Assembly (NCBI GenBank): GCA_002633005.1
Contig: NMRA01000142.1
Location: 478,860-542,859 of the forward strand
Length of the DNA stretch: 64,000 nt
Direction: 5' to 3'
Source: Phoronis australis
Lineage: Eukaryota > Animalia > Phoronida
In this document: positions 14,388-28,300 of the stretch, piece by piece
How positions within the stretch are numbered: position 1 is the stretch's first letter
Layout of the letters: each line of letters opens with the position of its first letter
Made by a program: the position numbers and the translations under genes
The notes under the pieces: generated by a model
Seen by the model: the letters and a program-made list of their open reading frames with translations, nothing else
The model's database searches: none
What the model was told of the DNA's origin: nothing

Positions 14388-16360
14388 AGGGAGGACAACG
14401 TTTTTTAATTTTCTTTACAATACCCATGTGTCATACATTTTTGAAAAGCCCTTGGTGTGAGAAATGAAATGGTGCAAAAATCTGAAAAATTGGATAAGCG
14501 GTTAACGAGAAAATGGCCGTTGAAACGCGACAATTATGCATAAAATATCTGCCTTTTTACATAATTTCGTAAAAAATAAAAGAATATACATGTGCTGCAT
14601 ATAAAAAGATCCGTCTCATTGAGACAAACATGGTGGTGTGTATTATATAAAATTTGGATCGATTTCTACAGAGATATTGCTGTTTAAGTGTGTTGTTAGC
14701 ATGTAGAACAGGCATCATGTTTGATGAAAACAATGGATTACACAGCTTAAAAGGTAAAGAGCAAAGATACCACATCAGCTCAGAAATAAATAGTGAGGCA
14801 GCCATTTTTAAAAGTGCGACACCTGTCGGCAGGATTGATAACTAACGTTACTAACGGTTAACCGCGAGATGTCAAGTGTTTTCGAGGACGACTTTTGTCC
14901 GCGAGAACACATACTCTCATGTTTTTTCTAATGAAGTTTTTGAAGAGGGAATCCTTTATAAATGACTATTACTGTTTTTTTACTCAGAGTTTCCCTAACA
15001 TGCCACGCGGTATCTTCAACATGCTCGCCAATTTTGGGGTCTTTTTGACACACGCATGATTGTTGTAGTTATGATTCCTGCCGACGGGTGTCGCAGTTTT
15101 ATAATGGCGGTCACGTGAGATCGGCTGCCGCAAATGAGCACCTCGTAAAAACGGTGAATGCATGAATAAAAAGAGCCTAATCGGTACGAGTAATACATTT
15201 TTGGAATCACCATGATCACCCTGATGAGAGGATTCAGAAAATGTTAATATCAAGTAGGTACGTTAATGGAGTCGGATTGTAAACAATAACCTACATCTGA
15301 GCTAGGAGGAAATTTCACATCAAATCACAAGATCACATTGGTGGATTTGGGGGAGGGGCAAGGGGGCCTGGCCCGTGGCCCCCCTAAAACTCCCAAATTT
15401 CATTTGGCAGTTTGAGGATGCAAATATCTTTCGGGTAAAATCCTGTGTAATACTCTGTCCTGCCCCCCCTCCTATATAAAAATTCTAGATCTGCCTCTGA
15501 ATACTACTACATGGGCAACACATCATTGCCTGACAGTGACAGGGGGCTGGGGGAGGCTATAGCTCCCCCACTTTTTTCAATACTGCCACCCATGTACTAT
15601 CAGATCATATCATGGCAAAAAACATCAGAAAGTAGACAAAAGACCATTTGGGGAAACAAATCACTCTTAACATGAAGGATTTCATCATTTACGCAACAAA
15701 AAATTTGTAACAACTTTATTTCGAACGGTGAAGTTGCGATGCCATTGAACTTCAACGTAGCCGCTGGTGGCGCTCACATGCGGCGACTTAGTGAACTAAC
15801 GACTGCTGTTTGAAAAGTGCCAATGCGCAGCAGTTTGACAGAATTTCTGAAAATGAAATAACTACCAATTAAAAGAGTGATAAATTCCTCATCTAAAAAT
15901 CGGGGGGCATATTGCGCAACTGGAAAAACATCAATCTCCCGACCGACCAAAATTAGGCCTTCCGGACGATCGAAAACTCGCCATGAAAACTTGGCCTTGA
16001 CTTTGAGAAAACAACTTAAGGAGATGCGCACGCATCTAAACTACAACATCCTGTCCAAATTTCATGTTTGTATTTGAGAGTATAGTGCTCTTTTGGATAG
16101 GAGGAACAAGAGGTACTTTTTCGAAAGTTGATCGCATGGCGGAAAATCGTGCGCTAAAAAAAAGCTTACAAAAATGATTTATCAGCGATAATTTGAGACA
16201 AAAAGGTTACAGACTTACAAATAAAGACTAAGGTAACGATTTATAACACAAAATTGTCTTATAGTTAACTTTGAAGTCTGAAATCGGGTAATTTACCGAC
16301 GTGGGTTTTACACAGAGGCAGATGTGGAGCACCGTGACCTACTTTTTGATTGTCCTCCCT
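14388..16360. mobile_element. Non-autonomous DNA transposon with 9-bp TSD (Mutator-like by TSD length)
   Basis: TIR AGGGAGGACAA / TTGTCCTCCCT. TSD ATTCACGGT at 14379-14387 and 16361-16369. Other copies of the host repeat carry the 9-mer once. Internal inverted motif at about 14812 and 15066. Confidence 0.8.
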
Positions 16361-18753
16361 ATTCACGGTGTCCTGCTCCTGCGAGTTCGCAAGAAATTCG
16401 CTGTCAAAGAACAAAAATGTTCCCAAGAAGCCCAAACACACTTTTCACTTTATCGGTTTGTCGTGTAAAGTCATGATGTTATCGTCTATTCTTAATTCAT
16501 CGGTAATTTCCGTACCACCCTTCTCTTGACCTCGAACCGACAAAGTGCAAAGTGTGTTTGGCGGGTTGGGATTTTTGGGAACATTTTTGGGCTTTGACAG
16601 CAAATTTCTTGCGAACTTGCTGGAGCAGGACACCGTGAATTGTATTGTAAGAAAGAACAATTTCTCGTGGTTTGTTGAATCCTTGTTTTGTGTAAATTTA
16701 TGAAGTTATGTGTTTGATATGGACGGCGGAATTGAAGCACCAGTGGAATTTCTAGTCTCGAGTGTCATACCTTGTAGTATTATATTTAGTGTATTGGGGA
16801 CACGATCAGAAGCTGGGGACGCCTGTGCCATGAGTATGACTCTCGGGATTGTTGGAATTCTCCAGCCCCAAATTCGTAATCAGAACACAAAAAACTTCGC
16901 AAAAGGCCAACCCATGGCAACTGTTGTAGACTGGTCACGTTATCCATCAGTAACTCTACTAACTGTAACCTTGAATCAACCTGCATGACCCGTCTACCAT
17001 AGTTGCTGATGCGTCGGCCTTTTGGAAAGATTTTTGTGTTCATTGCAGTTTCTTCTTGTACTATACAACTAAACAACATTACCACAATTAGAAACAACAC
17101 ACCGTGACTAAATTTGATGTCAATAGCTTTTAAGACGGTGCTTATCCCCCAGTCATGTTGAACTACTTTATTCGAGGAGTAGCACACTCACTGGAAAACT
17201 GTGATTTTCGGTAATCAGCTGGCAACGATGAAACATGTCGTGATGACTACCTATGGCTAGGTTCAAAGTCAATGAGAAAATCCAAGCAATAGATGATGTG
17301 GGTTTGTGGGTGGTAGCTGACTTCTAAGCCTTTTCACTGAAGATCAAAATCAGCTGCCACTGTTTTGGCACTTCAAAATAAAATAAAAAAATATACCAAC
17401 CCGGAAGGAAAAAACAAAGTAGACTTGATTGTTAAAAATTAAAGGACGAAAACAGTTATGAAACATATTTAAAACCAACGGTCATTTGCAAAATGGGCCT
17501 TTGTCATGATGAACCCAATTTACTGTTTCTAGTTATTTTGTAATATCTAAAATGTCATAAAACCCATACAAACTTTCAACAATTCAGGCTGCAACTCTCT
17601 GCAAAGGTCAGAGAAAATTAATTTTGATGTTATAACAATCACCACTGTTGAGGAACTAGTGCTAGCGATTACCTTTCCGATTCATCACCTTGAATACAAA
17701 GAGCGTGCTGAATACTGGGCATTGTAAAAGTTGTCTGAGGGCAAAGGGATTCTCAGAGGTGACCAGTGTTAGCAATAAATTTTCCAGGCCTTACCTTGTA
17801 GTATTATATTTTCTGTATTGAGGAGGATCAGAAGCTAAGGACGTCTGTGGGTGAATGGTCTCATCGGAAGCAAAGCCCAGCGTCGCAATGAAACATCGTC
17901 GTGTGATCTCAATGTATGAAGAGTTTTGTATCATTCAAACATATTTAATCATCGTTTAAAGTTACGTTAGGGAGCGAACACGCCAGGAGGGTTCATACTA
18001 CACATTGAAAAAGTGAATTCTCCAGCTCAGTGCCCGTTGAACCTGTTTAATACCCGACGTGATTGACTAACTTGTATTATGAAACTCCCGTCAATATCGT
18101 TGATTATATTCTGGCTCAGCGCAAATCAGTTGGATCAGCGTCAGCCAGCTTAGCAGAAGATTTATTCATCCATTCCTCGCATGTGACTACTGAAATGACT
18201 AGACTGGTCTATGGTTCATTTACCTATTAACTATTCGGTGCAATATTATTCACCAGGGCCCTCACTCACCTGAGGGATGTTTTTGTACCTTTTAAAAGGG
18301 AAATTTTCGCTGTGTGTTAATTAAAAGGGCAATTTTCGCGTTGTTTTTATGATGTTTACTACCCAGTAGAGACTGTGGTGCACCCACAGGGCCTTCATAC
18401 TCAGGAAGCTTTTCGTCAAGTTATGCATCTCACTGATTAAATCATCAAAGTCATGTTGCTATAAGTACCTTTTGCATATAAGACACCGTAGGAGGCCATC
18501 AACATCTTTAATTCCTTCCAACTCTAACGTCAAATACTTTCGTAATCAGTCTTTTTGAGCATTCCTTCGTTCAGTAACTCAAAAAATCCTAACGGCATTT
18601 TGGACAGCTGCACAAAGCATAGTATCTGAAGATTTCATAGGAATCTGATCAGTCATTTCTAAGATATTACGTTCCGATGTTTGCCAAATTTGGGCATTTT
18701 TAGGGTCCTAAGAGACCTTAAGAACTTGGTGTTTGCTTTGTTAAGAATGTTAA

Positions 18754-18990
18754 TGTGTCATGTTCAACGTAGCGAATAACGGTATTGTCTGACTACTATT
18801 TCTTGCCTGGTTATTTTTGGGCCATGTTGGTGTTAAAATAATCTCGAATGGACCCGTCCTGCAAGTGCATGGACAATCGTCGGGAGAGGGAACTTGCAGG
18901 GCGGGTCCATTTTTACACCAACATGGCCGAAAAATAACTTAGCCAGAAATAGTACACTACACCATTATTTGCTATGTTGAAAATGACACA
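18754..18990. mobile_element. Palindromic MITE-like hairpin
   Basis: Inverted arms including ggccatgttggtgt / acaccaacatggcc and aatggacccgtcctgcaag / cttgcagggcgggtccatt. Confidence 0.7.
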
Positions 18991-19933
18991 ATTCGGTTTA
19001 AGGTTTTGGAATCCCCATTTGATCAATCTCGAAAAACCTGTGCTGAATGAACAGCTCACAGGTGTGTACCGCACGCTGACTCCGTTTCATTAGGCTTGTG
19101 GGCTTCCTACCATGCGATACATTCGCACTCTTGCTTGAATGCCTCTCGTCCTCCTGTCACCATGTATTTTACTGTTTATTTCATAGCGCATATGTTCATT
19201 TCACTCTTTGCCTGCTGATGAGACATGCAGTCTCGAAATATAGTCCGTGTTTTATTTTGTTTGTCTGTTATGTTTCTCGGTGTTTTGCTTCATAGCTGCA
19301 CGCCTGAAGAAATGAGATTGTTTAGACACTACGAGCGAGTCTGTATCAAGCTGTCAAACAAAAAGTCCAGTCCTGTTTTCAATGAAATTTGTGTTAATGA
19401 AGGGCCGCTATGAAAATTTACAGATGATGTTTGAGGTACAAAATTGAAATTCTTGGCCGAGTTGGGGCTATCCAGCGATTCCCTTTCATTTCATAGAAAT
19501 CGGTCATAAAACCTCCAAATTTGCGCAATAGGGATGTGAAATTAATGAATTTGTGTATCGGGTTATCCAGAGGACATCGAAACTATCAGCAACTCAAGGA
19601 GTTTATTGGAGTTGACCAACCCTAAAATAAATAATTCCTAAATGACATTACTTTTGACTCAAGGTGCTGGAAAATTTTATCAGCAATTGCAGGTCAGGCA
19701 AAGCCCAAAGCACAGAATGCATCATTATAGCTAGATGGCTGTGAAATGCCGAAATGAAAATCCGTTCCTTTTGAACTTCAGGTTATTGTAGTGCTTTTTC
19801 CTCAATTCGGCCAATCCTGAGAGTAACACATTTACCAGTTTTTTACTACTCGCACCCGGTGGTTCACATCCCTCCCAGCAAGTAAAGAACCATTTTGTAA
19901 TATTTTTACGGTTTTCCGACATTTTATTTTCAG

Positions 19934-19971
19934 CTCCATATGCCCTGAAAGCGATGAACATCACTGAATAA
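19934..19971 (+). CDS. TOMM5: TOM5-like, exon 2 (APYALKAMNITE*)
   Basis: Acceptor ttttattttcag, phase matches exon 1. Gives a 51-aa protein with the IIRAAPY motif (human LLRVTPF). AATAAA at 20235. Confidence 0.8.
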
Positions 19972-22294
19972 TGAAGAGCTTCTTGGTCTGGTGTGGTGCT
20001 GTCTAGTACCACAATATGGATTCATTTTCGCTGCTCATGAATACCTGGAGTAGTACAAGGCAGTTAAAAGACCAGCCAAGAAAAGTGGACTGACGGAAGC
20101 CAAGTGACTGGACTGAAAATTTTACCTGTTAATGCAGTGTTTGCTCCAGTGTTTCAAGAAATGACTACCTGTGAATGAATACTTTTCATTGTAGTGTAAT
20201 TTAGTGGAAGTGTATTTAAAACAATTGTCTACACAATAAAAACTTTATTTCCACTTTTAGAGGAATGTCATGTATACAACGTAATATATAGACCTAAACT
20301 GAAAATTCCTTTATTTCAGACATTTATTTTATTTTGAAACAAATTAAAATGTAATGTAATTAAAATGGAAATCAATGCTGTCTAAACTTAAAAACATCCT
20401 TTCTGAAAATAAATAAGTGAAATTTTCTTTTTTCTATGGAGTTTCTGAGTACCAAATTCAAAAGAAAAGAATGCTCTAAATTAATATTCATTGCAAAAGT
20501 CATGGGAATATTTGCACAAGTGTGAAAATATCTCAAATATCTACAGAAAAAAGTTTAATACCGAACAGGCCTTTTTTGCTTGTACAGGTTTTTAACATAC
20601 TGTGATGTGGCCAACAGGTGGCGTGCAGACTAGACTTAAAAATGTTTGTATTAGCTGTGCATGCTCAAAACTGTTCAAAATATGATTGCAGCTATGACAA
20701 AGAACTTACTGTGTTGCTGTAAATCTTAGTAATACATAAAAAATACAATTTCACTTCATACTGCGTCCTAAATTGGCGAGATTTTACTGTATCTATGGCT
20801 CAGAATACAAGTAGTCATAGACAAAGATGTCCGTGGAAATCTACGCCTTTGAGTAGCAAACAAGCTTGAGTGAACATCGATATAGAACACAGAAGGTTTC
20901 CAACTCAAGCGCAGCCAATTGCTCGATTGTCACCCTTCAATAATAGATTAACAAGAGATTTTAGCCTCAACTTATACAGCAGAAATTGGTCAAAATTAGG
21001 AAATATTCCTATTGTACAACAACAACGAAATCCCACACACCAGACTGCGCTGGCTTGCAACTCCCAACTCCTTCAATTAGTCACGTGACGTGTCATTAAC
21101 AAATGAGAGTACTTCGGCAACTGAAAGTTAGCTGCAAGCTCTTCAAAACAGCATCTTTAAATTTCTTGAGAACTTAGCATACACCAGTTGGCTTCTCCCA
21201 AAGTCCACCTACATATGGACTTGCAACACTCGACTGTTGTGACCAAAAGGGAGCAATAAACATTTCCAAAAATACTCATAATTCAACTGAACTCCCAATT
21301 GTTTTCATCCAATTTTTCACTTACAAAAATTACCACTTAGCTGCCATAAAGAACGTACATTACTGAGAAGAGTTCATGATCAATTACACACAGGCAGGTT
21401 GCCCTTGTAAAACAAATATATTGTAATATACTCTTACTAAATGAAATTGACTTGAAAGTGAAATCCCATATTTTTTAATAACAGAGCATTTTTTCTACTT
21501 TCGAAGAGAATTGAAAACCCTGTATAATCACTAGTAAAACGCAAAATGGATGCATACAGTGCTGAAAATTTCTTTTAAGCCAATGAGAATTGTAAAATGA
21601 GGCTGGCAACAGTAGTTTGTTCTTAGGAAATTCATGACGTGCAAATTTCGAGTATCCAACTACCAAACTCTGTGCCTCCGACAGTGTTGCCGATCTAAAA
21701 AAACATTCACAGAAATTGTCGTACTGTCTTCGAAACAAGACCTTGTGGCTCAAGAGAAGGAACACCAAGACTGGAAATAAATACTTGGCATCTAGCTTTG
21801 TAGGTGGCGGATGCTGCATCCCTGTTCAGCAGACATGGTGTTCCGTCGTAGGTAACCCATGCGTAGAGATGCCAAGTTCATAGACACAAAAGAATATTGA
21901 TCAATCTGACTAGGATAACTATTGTACATTGTCTCTTTTGTAAAACATTATAAAAAATAACTACGACAACTGACTCGTAGTACACGATGAAAGCAATCCA
22001 TTAAAATGACATTTCCCCCTCAGTCATTCCAGTTACTCTGACGTTGACTTCGGCTTGCTCTCAGCTGTCACCAAGGGGAAATCTGCTTGCACTTAACAGT
22101 AATGACTGGGTGTTCTGGCAATTTTGTGCCACGTGGTGTATTTTTCACCAACTTCTATTTCTGAATTGCATAAAAATGTGACTGTTTTTTCTATTGCAAA
22201 TTCTACCTACGTCTATTGCTTCATACGCACACAGAAGTGAACAACACCGTGAAAACGACAGAGAAATGTCAAATGTATCGCGGTCACATGGAGG

Positions 22295-22387
22295 TTAGAG
22301 GGGTACGTGACTGAACAGATAGGAGACCGACTCCCCATTGTGTGTTCGGCGGATGGCTTCAGCAAGCATCATCGATATGTCGATACA
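22295..22387 (-). CDS. PRPS1: PRPS exon 6 (terminal)
   Basis: [30 protein letters not shown]. Confidence 0.95.
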   Translation of the reverse strand, partial: CIDISMMLAEAIRRTHNGESVSYLFSHVPL

Positions 22388-25300
22388 CTGAAATGTAGAA
22401 AAATTTAAACAAGTGATAAGACAGTGAATTATAACAAATACAAATAACAATACAACTCGGACCGAGGCGACCTATTGCTTTGTAGACTAACAAGACCAAG
22501 ACAAATTCTTGAATTCACTCAAAATGAATATATTTCTCCCTGACAATATTTTGTCACTTTCAAATAATTTCGTGTTACATGCCAACATCATTTTTTTAGA
22601 ACAAGTCAGAGAACAAAAACATTTTTTGACTCCGTTTATAGTGACAACTGCCTCCAAGAGGTTTCCGACTAACATTGTATCAACAAGGTGTCTTTCACAA
22701 TTACATAAATATGTGTGTAAAAGTAGGAAAATGTAGATAGCCATCAAAATCTGACACAGCAGCCTGTTCATCATCTCTAGGAAAACGAATGCTGCGTTAC
22801 ATTAGACTACTCGGTTTAAATTGTCCGCCAATGCTTTGAAGTGAAAATTGCGGGCTAATTACCTAACTCTGTCATTGCGTAGCCACATTAAGTTAGAAAA
22901 GAGACTTATAAGACTTAACGTCAGAAATTTGGCCTTGGGCTCTCACTTCACAACTATTGAAAGTCGAGCCACTCGGTAACTAGCACATTCCTGCCTAGAA
23001 ACAATTAAAAAAACCTTGGTAACTAGCAATTGAGCAGTTGTAGGCATGTTCTTAGCGACTGCGTGTTTTTGCTATAAAAGTGAGATTTAATCATTTTCCA
23101 AAAATAGTCGTGTGGAGCCACAGACCAACTTTCTGACTCCAGTCTTAAGTCACTTGTCATGAAACATGGTTTATCAGTGGGGTCTAGTGGAGTTTACTTC
23201 GACAGTGAAGCACAGGCCATCCTCCTTAATAATGATTTAAACATACTGTTACTTACCCGGGTAGACTTCAGTAACCTTTGGACCACGCGAAAATCTAGCC
23301 AAAACCACGAGCTCTCATTTAATATACACCAAAATATGTCAAATAATCTCACAAAGTCTTGCTTTTTAGCGAGGTCCTACCGTTACCGAACTCCACCCTG
23401 TTATTACTACACAAAGGAGTAAACGGGATTCTCTGTGTGGTTCAATGGGATTGTAACCCGAGATCGTCGGGTTGTAACTTGTACGTTCCATCACTGGACC
23501 GTGTGACCATTTTCTTTTCCTGTAACCCTGTTACCTAAGTAATTGACCTATCGCCAGAATTTTGAGTTCTGGCTTAAGTGACCAATCAGAACACAGCATT
23601 CTCGACATACCTTCGTTTCCAAGCCGCCATTTTACCAGACAAACAACATGTTGCCTTGTAAAACTTACTGTTTGTTTGTCAACTTTTCGCAAGGGGGCCG
23701 AGCTTGCGATAGGTCAATTGTACAAGAATAATCTGTGCATTATGCAGTGGACATGCCCACCCTCACCTGTATCTTTGGAGCACGTTTCATATGGCCATCC
23801 TGTGGGATGGTGTTGGTGGTGACGACTGCCTCGAAACGCGAGTTATTGATGCGCGACACGGCGGGACCAGAGAAAATGCCATGTGTGACTATAATGTATA
23901 CATTCTCTGCTCCAGCTTCGACTAACCTGAACAAACATGAACACGGAACGAATTACCAAGTGCTCTTACATTTAAAGCCGCTACAAACCACCTTGTGGTG
24001 TTAAAAACTTTCAACGCAAGCATATTTGCTCTTCCAAAGCTCTGTCAAGGCATTTTTATTCTTTGATTGAATTGAAACTGGTTACAAAAAATCGTCTGGA
24101 ATTCCCATGACAACTTAAAATGAGCCTGCTCTGAACCAAGGCTAGGAATCATATCTAAACTGAGCAAGGAACACGAGATCAACTGTGTAACATTAACTAG
24201 CTTTAACCCAAGCATGTCTTTTAACGACGACACAGATATATTGGCCCTTTAAAACACTAAAGACCAGTGCCCAAATTCCAAACGCACTAAGACATTTCAA
24301 AGTTGTCTGTCATATCACGAAAAGGTTCAGTGATGAAGCATTTTCAAGATTAGCAACAGGTATTACTGTACAACAGTCTACCACAGTCTAGTGTATAAAC
24401 TAATCTAACAAAACATTTACTCCAATGAGGTTAGTGCTTCGAACATGTCCAAATAGGTTCTCAAGAAAACATGGATAAACTATAAAAAAGACCATTTATT
24501 AGCTCGAGCACTTACTTTTCAGCGGCGTGACAGGCTGTGCCACACGTGTCAGCCATGTCATCTACCAAGATGGCGACCTTGTCCTTGACATCACCGACGA
24601 GTACCATCGATGACACCTCATTGGCTTTCTTACGCTCCTTGTGGATGAGGGCGAATTCAACATTTAGGCGGTCAGCTATGGCCGTCACCCTGTAATATAA
24701 CAAGAGTTACTGACATATCTTTAGAAACCACTACAGGAAATGATTTTCGAACAGGGAGTGAAGGAATACCAGGAGAAATCTCAGTACTAAGCAAGTTCTT
24801 TAAAAGAGAGCTTACGAGAAATCTTTTGAAAACGTAAATCACAAAAACACGAAAAAAAAGTAACCACACATTACCTTGCAAAATGACCTCAACAGGACAA
24901 AACACAACAAAAACAAACAAAGTACAAAACAAACAAACAAAATACCATTTCCCTGTAGAGGTGGCTAATTCTGTTAAAAGCAAAAATGGCTGGTAATAAC
25001 TGTTATGGTAGGAAAATTCTTATTACAGAGCTGCCACCCCCTTTTGATTGAAATACAGACTCTTTGACACAAAAATACAGATTTTTTTAGCCAAATACAG
25101 AACATTCCATGCCGATGTAGGGGTGTGATTGTTGCGTACATTTTTAGGGCATGGGCAAGGCAAGTGTAAACGATCACGTTCGATAGGAAGCATACAATAT
25201 TATTGTAAAGTTAAGTATCATCCTGAAAATGAAATACAATACTCATATTGACAGAAAATATGGTTTATTTTGCAATTCACAAAAACATGTTTTTGTGACA

Positions 25301-28300
25301 GTCTTCTAGGAATATAAAATATTCAAGCATATCACTTAAAACAATAGTCTATGGTTTTGTTCCTTAGACATCATCAGATCAATCAAAGTTCTGATAAAGT
25401 TAGTCAAGCCCTCTCAAAGATGGTGACATGGCATTAGAGTCACCAACACTTGATCCCTGTAGTCNTACTAAGCAAGTTCTTTAAAAGAGAGCTTACGAGA
25501 AAATCTTTTGAAAACGTACATCACAAAAACACGAAATAAAAGTAACCACACATTACCAAAATGACCTCAACAGGACAAAACACAACAAAAACAAACACAG
25601 TGCAAAACAAACAAACAAAATACCATTTCCCTGCAGAGGTGGCTAATTCTGTTAAAAGCAAAAATGGCTGGTAATAACTGTTATGGCAGGAAAATTCTTA
25701 TTACAGAATGGTTTCGCCGCTTAACTTTCTTTTTATAAAATGAGTCCCCTTTGTTATCAGTCATGAGGAAAGACTACTCTGATGATTGGCAATAGTCTGA
25801 TATAATGGGCCCGCATTTTGAGAACCAGTTTGATGCCCGTTACTTAGTGGGGAAAACTGGTTCTCAAAATTCGAATACATTACATCAGACCATTACCCTG
25901 ATGATGAATTCAGTTTCCTCCAGCCATGATGACAGGGAATTCTGGGTTATTTTCTCTCAACACTTTTGGTGTGTACTGTAGGTGGTTTCTTAAAGTCCAT
26001 AAAACACCAAAATGCAACTTTTGAGGTGATTGAAATTTGACCACACATTCAAAGTGACAAACGCAACAAATTTCCTGTACTAGATTTTGTAGCAGTAGCA
26101 CAAGACAAAAACTAATCATTATTTTCAGAAGTGCGAAATTTCGGATGTAACTTGCAAATTCTCTTTCCACATTCTACTGCCTATGAGGTCAACCAGCGGG
26201 GAATTCCAAGAGTAGAGAAATGAACAGTATGCTCAAGTTTCATGCCTGGATTGAAATTTTGCATTTACGTGTTTATCAGACTGATGCGAAATCCAACTCG
26301 ATTGATGGGCCAGTTTCACAAACTAGAACAACCGTAACTTAGAGCTTTGTGTAAGCTTTGCGTGAAAATCCACATTTGTGAATGTCCGACTCGTGCCTTT
26401 CTTAAATTTCCCATGACAAACCATGTTGATTGATTACTTATCTGACTATGAAGCAACTCTATATTATAAGACATTATGAAAAAACAGCATGTCCATTCTT
26501 CATAAGAGCAGACATTACTTCTCAGTATTGAACAATTCAGGAGCAATTTCATAACTACAGCAAATGGTGTCAAGCTAAAAGTGACATTTTTTGACAGGAG
26601 GTATGGATACACAGCTCAGCTCCAGAAGAAAACCGTACATGCCCAACACACAAGAGCACAATAACCTTCCGATTTGTACCAGTATTTCCTTACCTTTTGG
26701 CACCACCAGCATCAGGGGAGACGACTACGCAGTTCTTCCAGTTATCAATGTTCTCCTTGATCCAGCGCAACACGGCTGGTTCAGCGTATAGATTGTCGAC
26801 GGGGATGTCGAAGAAGCCCTGGATTTGTGAGGCGTGCAGGTCCATGGTGATGATGTGGTCGGCCCCGGCAACAGAGAGCATGTTGGCCACAAGTTTGGCC
26901 GAGATGGGTGCACGGCTCTGGGAAAAGGAAGGGGCATGAAAGGCTACGACAGTTCAAAATATGGGACACCTGGGACATGTCTTGTGAAAAGTGACTTAAA
27001 ACTAAAGCTAAATTTAAGTCTTATGCTCGCACTTTGTTATTTTTTTTGTTTTCCTTACTAATTTTTAGCACCTCATGGTTCATAAGAATATTGCATATAC
27101 CGTAAACTCGCAGGTCAATGCCCATGCCCCTGTAGTCGCCCATCCCCGACTTTTGGTCAATTTTCAGTTTTATTGCCCACTGCTTGAGTAATTGCCCATC
27201 CCCTACTTTGTGCAAATTTCCCCTAAGCGCCCACCTCTTGCGTAATCGTCCATCCCCAACATACCGCTCACAGAACTTGAGCTTGAACTCGGTGCTTTTG
27301 TTCACATCTTTGCCTCCGACTCACACTTCCGTGTTTGAGTTTTCAGCCAGCGCTCCAAATACCTTTGTTAAACTATTCAACTGATCTTTTGTTGAATTAA
27401 TAAAGGCCTACTGCGTAGATTTTTATAGACGTGGCGCTAGTCAGCTACAATATTTGTCATCGTTCAGAGATTAAATGTGGATGCCCCTTGTGATGAAATG
27501 GCGTAATTTTTTGCGACAAGTGCATAAATTGATATTCATACTTTGATGAAGGTATCTCAACAACGAGATGGGACCGTAAGAGTTACAACTAAACACAGTC
27601 GTACGAAACAACACTAATAATACAATGGCGCAGGTTAACGAAATGTAGTCCCGTTCACTGATCTGAAATAGTACTTACTGATACAGTAAGTGGACTGCCA
27701 TACGAGCTTCATAAATCTGCATGATATGACATTTTGCAGAGTGCTAATATATTTGAAACATCTGAGTTTTTAACGTTCTCTTGAAATCACCATTTCAAAG
27801 TCGAAATCCTGTTTCTGTTTGGGCCGTGAGAAACTTTGTGCTTGTCGGGCTTTGCTGATAAACCGAACTCACAAGCTCCCTGCTCGAATGAACACCCCGC
27901 GCGCTTGCCCAGTTCAGTTGAAACTTGGATGTAAGCGCCCAGCCCTTGGGTAATCGCCCACCCCCGACTTTTGGCCAATTGTTCATTTGAAGCGCCTACT
28001 GCTTGGGTAATCCCCCACTCCCTGCCAAAGGTTTTCCGGATTTAAGCGCCCAGGGCGTTAACCCGTGAGTTTACAGTAAATTATTGAATTTACCAGCAAC
28101 TGTGGTTATATTCTGTGAGAGTTTCTATCCTTCTGAAGAGATATATTTGTGTGAAGCAAAAGACGAAATTCCTGAATTCATAAAACGGACCCCTGGAGCA
28201 GTCGCAAAGAAATTTCATCAACTAACAAGGTGCACATTTCTGTTCGGTTTAGCACAAAGTAAGGTGAAAAATACAACAGGGTGTTGGTCTGATATAACGT

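Noticed and set aside
24785-25708. About 245-bp direct duplication in a PRPS intron
   Set aside because: The second copy begins right after a single N at 25465, so it is probably a contig-join overlap
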